Below the pieces are notes generated by a model, which saw only the letters and a program-made list of their open reading frames with translations, searched no databases and was not told the DNA's origin. Shown here piece by piece: positions 1 to 9,138 of a stretch of DNA of 64,000 nt (position 1 is the first letter of the stretch; each line of letters opens with the position of its first letter). Source of the stretch: Lama guanicoe (Eukaryota); the NCBI GenBank assembly GCA_013239625.1, contig MU055753.1, positions 3,706,153 through 3,770,152 of the forward strand, written 5' to 3'. Made by a program: the position numbers and the translations under genes.

Positions 1-1409
1 ATAATCATATCAGCCCAGTCTCTCCAATGACCCCAAAAAGTGAAAGGACCAGGATCCCCTTGATCACCTGCAGTCTCTGACATAGACAGTGTCCTCTGGG
101 AATCCCAAATATCTGGGCCTCAGCAAGACTAGGGGGCAGGGTAAGCATGATTACAAATCAGATTTCCACAAGCTCGTTTCTCGCCATAAAATCACTTAAA
201 ATAGTTTATGTCTGACCCTCCTTATCTTCAATGAAAGTAATCAAAATGCAGCAAATCAATGTGGACAGAACATGAGAAAGTGCATGAGTCAGGCATACAA
301 GGTTCTCTAGGTGGGACCAGGGGCACAAGGTCTGGTTTTCATAGGGCAGCTAAGAACAGTCTTTTCTCACCCACGATCTCTTGAAAGGGCACAGTGTGCT
401 GTTCCAAACGCTGTGGGACAGGCAATGTCAAAACCAAGTGAAGGCAGAAGCAGAGCTGAGAATGCAGCTCCTTTAGGAGATCTGCACAAATGTAAAACGA
501 TGGGAAAATAATGCTGGTTTTCATTAAAGCATGTTGTTCACATGTAGTGGAATTATAATTGTTGGTTTTAAGTGAAAAGCATAAGCGTTATGGCTTCTCC
601 ATTTCCGTTTCTAACACAGTAAATACACCTAGATGTCACTACTTAATAGAAGCAGGGTTCTGAGATTGAATGTGAAAGCTGCGCCTGGCATCTGGACCGC
701 GGGGCTGCAACTGCGTGGGCCTGTGGCTCCACCTAGTGGTAAGAACCAAGCAAGGGGACATGGGAGGACAGAGCTGCCTGACACCACCACGCATCTGCCC
801 AATAGGGACCTCTATACCGTGGGTCTTTTCGACTTGCACAACCCAGAACCTGCCGATGGCCAGGTCAGGAGCCTTTGAGGAGGGAAGGGCTGTGAAGGAA
901 CTAGGAGAGGCGGCCTGGAGGCCAGAACTCAGGGACTCAACAACATAGGGCAGTGGCAGGGCCACCCTGGGCACACGGGTGTTGAGCAACACCCCTGGCC
1001 TCCACCCACTAGATGCCACAACCACTTCTGGTGGGAGCTGCCATCCACACCCTAGCAGAGAGCTGGGGCAAGGTTGGATGTGGGTCTCAGGAGACCAGGC
1101 TTAATCGTATGCAAACCTGTGCCTTGATTCGCTGGATTTTGTCTCTAACAAGCCCCTCCTGCTCCCTGTAAGCCTCACCTCCTTGCTGTGCAAGCCACAG
1201 GCCACCAGGACAGAGACCAAAGTCCTTAACTGGGTCACATCGGAAGACAATCTTTGTCCACTGTCGCCTCTCTGCACACGTTTCACACAGAAGTGCCTGG
1301 TGTATAGCTTCACGACATTCCTCAAAACGCAGCTGTAACAACGTGGCTCAGGTTTCCAAGAAAGCTCTTTGAGTTGGAAGGACGGTGTCCCCTTGACAGG
1401 GGCAACGTG

Positions 1410-1570
1410 GGATGGGGGGACCTGGGAAGGGAGGATCTGAGGTAGGGGACGTGAGGGGGCGCCTGAGAGGGGACATGAGAAGGGGTATCTGAGATGGTGA
1501 CCTGAGTCGGGGGGACTTGAGGGGGCGCTGGGTGGAGAAACCTGGGAAGACTTGAGAGCGGGGAGTGAGC
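1410..1570. repeat. Degenerate G-rich tandem repeat (unit about 13-14 bp, GGGGACxTGAG-like)
   Basis: About ten units such as ggggacgtgag, ggggacatgag, ggggacttgag and ggtgacctgag in succession. Confidence 0.6.
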
Positions 1571-1619
1571 TGGGCAGAGGGACTTCTGGCTCTCTTAGTC
1601 TCCAACTTTTGTCACGGAG

Positions 1620-2340
1620 TCCCGCGACAGGTCACGCTCACCAATGCCGGCGTGGGAGTGCCCGACCGCCTCAAAGGTCACCTGCCATAACTTAATAGGA
1701 GCCTGGGAAGCCAGGTGAAAGGAAAATCTGAGTCACACACGTGACAGCGGAAGCTCCCTCCACGCCACGCTCCCGCCCCTGAAGACGTCGCCGCCCGGCT
1801 CCAAGATGGCCGCGACACGCACGGAGACGTACCGCGAAGGCCCCGCCCCGGTGCCGGTGGACGGCCCCCCCCGCCCCGGCACATCCCGCCCCTTCCGGCT
1901 TCGATCCGGAAGGGATCTCCCAAGTGCGCTTCGAGTGCGTGCGGCCAGGTGGAAAGTGGTAGCAGTGGGCGGCTCGGACGTGCTCGCTGTTCCTGTGCCC
2001 CGCCTGGGGGTCCGTAGCCTGCTGAACGGACCTTTCCTCCCGGAGCCGCTTAGTGCTTTTTTTCATGATAAAGACCACCACGTTAATGCCATTAAGAGTG
2101 CCAGAAACCTTTGCTTGGCTCAATTTCTTTAGATAAACAGGCCATCAGCCTCCGGTCCTAGGAAACTTCGTCTAATAAGGACTTTTAATCATAGTATTTG
2201 TCGCGTCGTGGTTTCCTGTCGAAATCCCAGCCTTCAGGGGAAGCCCATTGACCCTACTCTGCGTCCTGGCGGCGGAGCAGCGTCCTGGGTCCAGGCTAAG
2301 GTCGCAGCCAGGATCTCGCGGTGCGTGGGCTCCTCCTGGA
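1620..2340. promoter_or_regulatory. CpG island with housekeeping-type promoter motifs and no recognisable coding gene attached
   Basis: High CpG density, YY1-like CAAGATGGCCGC (1802-1813), ETS cores (CGGAAG 1748, CTTCCGG 1892, CCGGAAG 1906) and GC boxes (GCCCCGCCCC). Confidence 0.6.
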
Positions 2341-3937
2341 GGGTTAGCTGTCCTTGGGGTGACTGTGCTGACCCTCCGCGCTGCCCCCCAGTCCTCATGG
2401 AGCAGGTTCCCAAGAACAGATACATTCTGTGTGAAGCCGAGCAGTGTGAATGTGCCATGGCTGCAGCTCTTGCCCGTCTCTGCCCAGCGAGCTCCTTGTC
2501 CAGGGTGCACTCCCAGGGAGGCCGCAAGCCAGAGTTTGCTCCTTGCGTGGACTCCAGTTGGCTTTATCGTCTCCCGTGTCTGATGACAGACCCACCCCAC
2601 GGGAGATTTAATTCTGAGTGTCAGGGATGTCTTGATTTCTTTAAACCTAGCGTCTGTCTAAGACATCAGCTTCCACCCCAACTGGCCACAGCAGTCCTCT
2701 GCAGTCTGCATCCTGAGGCAGAAGACGCGCACAGGGGAGGGAGTCCTACCTTGGACCTGGGAGGGGTGAAAGTCCTGGTTCCCATGAAGACCCTGTCCCT
2801 TGGCACAGGACAGGGGTCCTTTCTGGGAAGAGACTTTTGTGATAGTTGAGGGTCCCTATTCAGTCTTTTGTGGTCACCAGAGCTTCTGTCAGCTTCTGAT
2901 GAAATGAGCAGATGGCCAGGATTCCAGGTGTTTGAGGGAAGTCTCTCCATGAAGGACACAAAACCCACAGAAGAGGGTGGGACCTGGACAAGCCCCAGAA
3001 CCCCAGGCCTCAGTTTCCTGCTCAGCACAGGGGCCAGTTCATCGGACCTACCTTGGACAGTGAGCACTGCTGGACACTGTCCTTGCCTGGGGGGTGTGGC
3101 CTGAGACCTGACAGAACCATGTCCCCCAAGGTGTCTCCTCCCTTTGCTTTGGTGGAAAACCCCTGAGTACTCTATTTAGGAGGCCTCTTCCATCCTCCTC
3201 GATGTGGTGGGCCTATCCCTTGGGACCTGAGCTCCCAGAATCCCACCTGCTAAGGCCTGAGTCCCACTGTGTTTGACTACTGGCCTGAGGGAGGTCCTGG
3301 AGGGCTCAACAGGGCCATCTGCACCTGTTTCCTCTGTGAAGCAGCAACGGTGAGCTGCTTCTGGAACCAGCCGCAGCTGGCTGTGCTCATGCTGGGTCAG
3401 CCTTGCTCTTCTCATTAGAGGGTGCACGTGTGGGGTCAGCTGTGAGGCATAGAGCAGAAGGGGTCCTCTGCACACCTCAGTCCCACTCACATAGCTGCAC
3501 GCTGCCACTGCCCCATGCTCGGGCAGAATTCTCTGCAGTGCTGCACGGATCTGAGGTTGCAGCTGCAAGCCAAGAGGGAAGACCGAGAGCCAGGCCCAGA
3601 CCTTGGCAAGGACACACTGATGGCCTAGTGTGTGCATTCACCCTACTCACCCACCTCTGGGGCACATGGTCCTTTGGAGATGCAGACCAGCAGACTCAGC
3701 AGCAATGCGCAGAACCCATGAGCAGCACTGGCTTCATTAGGAGGGGACTGCTGGGTGGCCTGTGGGCACTGGTGTGTTGTGTTCTTGGTCAGGTGCAGAC
3801 CCTGGGCCCTGACCACAGAACTGTTAGAATAAACCACTTCACCAGTCACTTTGTGACTCAGAGGTCATTGTTCCGACTAGAGCCCGTAAGTCCCTGGAAT
3901 CACTGGTTGTATATTTTGTACATGTGAATCTGAGAGC

Positions 3938-4052
3938 TAGGTTTTTTTGTTTATTTTGGCTTTTTGTGTTTTAACAGAAGAACTGGGGATTGAATCTAGG
4001 GCCTCCTGCACGCTAAGCAGGTGCTCTACCACTGAGCTATACCTACTCCCCC
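3938..4052 (-). mobile_element. tRNA(Ala)-derived SINE, Vic-1-like (camelid)
   Basis: Reverse complement reads ggggagtaggtatagctcagtggtagagcacctgcttagc...ttcaatccccagt (Pol III A and B boxes) followed by an A-rich tail. Confidence 0.8.
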
Positions 4053-6949
4053 AGGACTACTTGGTTTTTTTGTGACCTCTGTTTAACTGGGTGAAATAAA
4101 AAGTTTCTTTGTTATCTTCCAATCCCCATGTTCTCCTCTGCCGGTTTTGTTTCCAGGGATGGGAAACAAGTTGGCATGATGTCCCTCATGCGGGGACCAC
4201 TGTCACTGTACCTCAGGAATCGGGGTCACCTTGTTGTAACCCTGAGGGTCCCACACCCACTCTGGGATGGAGTGCTGGCCAGACAGCCCCCCTCCATTCC
4301 TTTCCAAGCCTGGGTCCTGCCGTGTGGGCCACTTGCCTTTTAGTTTCCTCACTGGAGGGCAGGCCTATGGCCCTGGGAGGGTTGTGAGTCAGGTCTGACC
4401 CCCCATCCCCAAGACCTGAAGTGCAGCTGCATACCCGGGGGAGGTGGTCTCGCACAGGCCTTGTCTTACTTGCACTTGGTGCTGGATCTGTCTGGGCTGC
4501 GTACTCACTCGCTGGGATGCTGTGCAGGGGAGAGCCCCCATCTCAGGAGGCCCTGAGCAGGAGCTGACAACAGCCAGGGTGCTACTGGGTTGCCAGCATG
4601 CCCTTCACACTGAATGAGAGACTAGTCTCAGTTCTGGCCCTGCCCAGCAAGGCCACGGGTAGGAGTGGCATTGGGACGGCACAACCTGCAGGTCTCATCT
4701 GGTTGGAGTGATTCCTCCCCCTGCTCCCCGAGCCCTCATTCAGACACTGCCCCAGGGGTCAGAGAACCCCCCACACACTACTGTCTGATTCTTCCTGAGC
4801 ACTAAAATCAGCACTGCACCCGCCTCCAAGCCTGCCACATTCCTGGGAGCCCAGCCTGCACTGCCTGTCCCAGTCAGGAGCCCTGCAGGTGAGGTGCCTG
4901 AAGCAGCTGTTTCTAGGACAGCGAGGAGCCCTGTTGGTTCTCATCAGCAGCCCAGTTAGTGGAGCTAATTTCAGAAAGGCGTCTGGTCTCCCTGGACCAG
5001 CTCTGGGGGACTGCAAGGTGGCATCAGCTGGAGCACAAACCATCACTGCTTCCAGAGTGTCCTCCTCCTGCCTCAATTTACTGGACTTTTGCAAGTTCCA
5101 GACCCAGCACTCCCCCTGGGGTGTCTAGGGTTCACAAGTTCACCCTCCCAGGAAGGTGAGAAATAGGAGACGCAGGGTCCCTGACTCTCACCAAGGATGG
5201 GGGGCTTCACAGGCTCACAGGAGCAGGCGTGTGTTAGCTCAGTCACCACATGGAGTTATGGCCTCCATCACACGGGGCCACCGGGGTCAACACAGAGACC
5301 ACTTCTGAACCCTGAGGGTCCACAGGGCAGTGGGCATGACTAGCACTCACACACTGGAAACAGTACTGCAGAGTGGGAGTGCAGGACCCTGTGCCCCACA
5401 GCTCCCACCATCCTGATGACGACATCCAGATGTGTTCAAGTGTTACCACTAAGGCCTGCATGCAGCTCACCGGCTGATTTCAGCTGTGGTCACAATGGAG
5501 TGCTCTGATCCATGGTGGAGAGATCAAAGAGCACCTGCAAAGCAGGCCCCAGAGCAGACCACAGGGGGCCATTCCCTGCCGGGTCACACCAGGGCTTCTC
5601 CCAGGGAACTCTTGGAAAACTGTTGGGCCAGAACCTGGTCTTAGGTGCCCCATTCTGCCCACGCCCTCAAGGGGAAGGTGCGGCTAGGTGGTGGGGCCTG
5701 GCTGACCTGGGTCTCAGTCCAAACCTTGACACAGTTCTGGGGCCAACTTGACACCCTGCCCCCACCTCATGTGAGCAGGGCCCCCAGGCAGAGGAGAGCC
5801 CCTAACAGCCTGAGCGACAGGGTGCATGCCCTCAGGTGGAGTGACGCCAGCATTGCTGGCCATCTGCTCTAAGGAGGATGCTGGCACCCTTGGCTTTAAG
5901 CCCCCCACCCCCTGTAAATCCATCATAAAAATAATCCCTAGTTTCCCTAACATGCCCTAGTTCCAGAAGTGCCTCCTGATCCATCATCATGTTGATGCTT
6001 GAGAGGCCAGCAGGCACAGCTGACCTTGTTTTATGCACTCACAACAGGGAGGGTCCAGGAGCCCAAGGGGGCAGGGAACACTCTGTCCTGCCTTCCAAGT
6101 GGGAGCAGAGTGAGCCAGGGTGGCTGCAGGAACACCTGCCAAGGGCCTGGTCCAAGCTGCCCCAGGGAGCTCTGGGGACTGGCCTCCATGGGCATTGATT
6201 GGTGAGCTGCACCCTACCACTTTCCACAGCTGCCCAGTCTGCCCACCACCACTGGCCTGGGAATAGGGGGCAGGGGTCAGAGCAGGAAGCAACTCTATGC
6301 AGGCCCAAGTACCCTGGCTGGAACAGGCTCACACCCATGGGTGGGTTATCTCTGGTCTGGTCAATGGATGCTGCTGAGGCCTGGGTAGGTGGGGCACAGC
6401 AAGTTGACCCCATCCCCACTACTCCCATGTAGCCTGGTGACTCCAGCCTGTGAGGGGCATTGAGGGGCTGAGGTACAATCTAAGGCTGAAGGTCTTTGGT
6501 GCTGCACCATGTGGCAGCCCAGGAGCCCACACAGCCCAGTGGGAAGACACCTCACCATCCAGGGCCAGAGCTGACCTCAAACTGCCCCCAGCTGCATCTC
6601 TAACCCCTGGAGGCTGGCAGAGCATGCCTGGCAAAGCCAGATCCCAGGGGTCAGCTCAGCCCTGAGGAGGGAGGGCGGAGGGTGGGGGCGGTGCCAGGGC
6701 CTGGCCCAGGTGGCAGGAGTGGGCGGGGCACCTGCTTGGGCTCTGCCCGCCTGTGTGCCAGGCTCACTCGTCCAGTCCATCACTTCGCCCTCTCCATCAC
6801 TTGGCTCTTTTCATCACTTCATCCTCGCGGTCACAGTCCAAGGTAGGTCTGATGAACTGGCCCGTTTCTCGGCTGAGCAGGAAACCGAGGCCGGAGGCTC
6901 TGGGCCTTGCCCATGTCCCATTGGGCTGACCAAGACCATCCTAACCCCA

Positions 6950-7260
6950 GAGACGCCCCTGCCGGCCTGTCTTCGGGATAGGCAGCGGCCCTGCGTGTTC
7001 TAAGGGGCTGGCCGGACTGGAGAGGACCCTCAGTCTGCAGGAGGGCTGCGAGGGGAGCCGCGTCTGCACGCCGTGCGCGCCGCCCGCAGTGCCCGCCAAG
7101 CGAACGCCGTGCGCCGAGGCCGGGGGCGCGCGGGGTGGGCGGTAGGCTCCCGCAGCGGCGGCGACAGCGGCTGCGCGCAGGTAGGGGCGGCGGCGGGGAG
7201 GGGACTGCGGGAGGGCTGCCGCCCCTACCTGAGAAGCCCTCGCCTACGTGACTCTGAGCT
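6950..7260 (+). promoter_or_regulatory. GNG13: GNG13 CpG-island promoter and probable non-coding first exon (donor cag|gtaggg at 7180/7181)
   Basis: CpG island about 1.2 kb upstream of the coding exon, with a good donor site. The coding exon has acceptors at 8358/8364 and only a short 5'UTR. Confidence 0.55.
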
Positions 7261-8392
7261 TGCACGGGGTAGGGTGCTCAAACTCGAGGTCTCTGGGAGG
7301 GGAGCCCTGCACGCCCCCACTGGCCGCCCCTCCCCCGGCCCTGGCTCTCACCCTTGTTCCTGGTCGACCCTTCCAGGAGCCCCCTCCACAGCATGAGGCA
7401 GGCAGGGTCACACTCCTGGTAGCCCCTGTTCACCCATCCTGAGTCAAAGAAGCCGGGTCCCTGGCTCCCAGCCTCAGTGATGGGGGCAGGGCTTGAGGGG
7501 ACAGTGCAGGGCTCCGTGGGCCCCTTGAGTGGGCTGGGGCAAGGGAGGCAGAGAACAACCTACCCTTACCTGACCCCAGCTCACACGGTCTCCTGAGAGA
7601 TCTGAACCCGTGGCTCTGCTGGGCAGGCTTACACTTAGGGACCTGGCCAGGGGCTTGTAGGCAGGTCAGAGGAGACACCGGGTATCAGGAGGCTGCAGGG
7701 GTTCCAAGTCCTGGACCAGCTGTGCAGCCCGTGACCTCAAGATCCTCAGCATTGCCCCCATCTCTGTGGCCAGAGCAATGCAAATAGCAGCCTCACTCTC
7801 CAGGATTAACCTACCCTCAGGGTGGGCTTGGCCCATGCAAATCAGGGGGAGGCACACAGGTGTGTGTGTCAGAGCCCTACCCCTTACACAATGGTCTGGG
7901 TTGCCCCTTCTGCAACCAGGAGTGGGAAGTGGGCCTCACAGTAGGGAGTCGGGGGACTTGTCCTGCTGTGTGCTCTGTGCTGCTGTCTCCCAAGGCAGGG
8001 ACATTGCCCTGCCCCTCTCCAACCCAGAAGCCCGGCCTTGGTGAGGCTTTGATGGAGGGTAGGGATACAGAGCTAAGTGTGGAAAGTTTTCTCTGCAGTT
8101 AATTAGCCCCACGGGAGGTGGGGGGCAGGCACATGAGGCCTCGTTAGTGGGGCCTCAGCTCCAGGCTGTGTACCCCAGTGGGTGGCATGTGCTTTGGGGA
8201 CCTCTCCAGGCAATGAGTTGGGCACTGGTGTGCTAGGGTGGAGCTCCCTTCCACCTTTGTCAGGGTGGAGGCTCACCAGTGGGGAGAGAGCACCTGGGGC
8301 GGGGCAGATGGCAGGCTGGTAGCCCCCTAGCTCTGTTGCCTTCTCCCATACCCTCTAGCTCCAGGCTGGCCACTTCCGAAGCTCCCGACGCC

Positions 8393-8781
8393 ATGGAGGA
8401 GTGGGATGTGCCCCAGATGAAGAAGGAAGTTGAGAGCCTCAAGTACCAGCTGGCCTTCAAGAGGGAGATGTCGTCTAAAACCATCCCTGAGTAAGTCCCC
8501 AAGACCCCCTGGAGCCACAGCCACACCCCACACAAGGCCAGCTGTGATTTGCATCTCATTTCCCTGTTTTGTACTCATTTGTTTGAGCCAAGACCACATC
8601 CCTACACACTGCCATCAGGCAGCACTTCTGGGGGACCCCGTGCCCACCTGCTCACCCCACCCTGCCCACCCACAGGCTCCTCAAATGGATCGAGGATGGG
8701 ATCCCCAAGGATCCTTTCCTGAATCCCGACCTGATGAAGAACAACCCGTGGGTGGAGAAGGGCAAGTGCGCCATCCTGTGA
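8393..8781 (+). CDS. GNG13: G protein subunit gamma 13 (67 aa)
   Basis: Exons 8393-8490 and 8676-8781 give MEEWDVPQMKKEVESLKYQLAFKREMSSKTIPE|LLKWIEDGIPKDPFLNPDLMKNNPWVEKGKCAIL*, a G-gamma fold with NPW and a C-terminal CAAX (CAIL). Confidence 0.98.
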
Positions 8782-8909
8782 GGCCCCTGCAACCAGCTCA
8801 TACCTCCCTCTAAAGAGGACAGCTCTGTAAAGGGGACCATAAAAGTCTTTATAAAAAAGACTTTCTGAGGCTGTAAGTCTTCTGTACATTCTCTAGCAGA
8901 GAGAAACGA

Positions 8910-9122
8910 ATGTCCAGGCGTCCAGTGTGTATTTGGGGACATCTGGCATAGGACCAGGGTGTCCAGCATAGATCCTGGGGACATCTGGGGTGGATCCAGG
9001 GCACCCAGCATGACCCCAGGGTGTCCAGTGTGGATCAGGACGTCCAGTATAGATCCCAACGACGTCCAGCACAGATCCAAACGTCCAGCACAACACAGGG
9101 ATGTCCAGCATAGATCCCAGGG
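8910..9122. repeat. Minisatellite (about 19-21 bp unit, core tgtccagcatagatcc) in the CHTF18 3'UTR
   Basis: About ten degenerate copies of [t/c]gtccag(c/t)a(t/c)agatcc. Confidence 0.8.
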
Positions 9123-9138
9123 GCTCAGTGTGGCCCAC

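Noticed and set aside
2208-2849. Long single-exon ORFs in the track (e.g. 2208-2849, 8652-9320, 22775-23545, 25606-26280, 51923-52486)
   Set aside because: Pro/Gly/Ala/Arg-rich translations typical of GC-rich non-coding or antisense DNA, often with non-ATG starts and no recognisable domain.
3938-4052. tRNA-Ala-like sequences (also at 41988, 42606, 50703)
   Set aside because: They are degenerate, have AT-rich tails and in one case a clear TSD, so they are SINEs rather than tRNA genes.
8910-9122. Regularly spaced repeats superficially like a CRISPR array
   Set aside because: Units are contiguous and degenerate with no unique spacers, the DNA is eukaryotic, and there are no cas genes.
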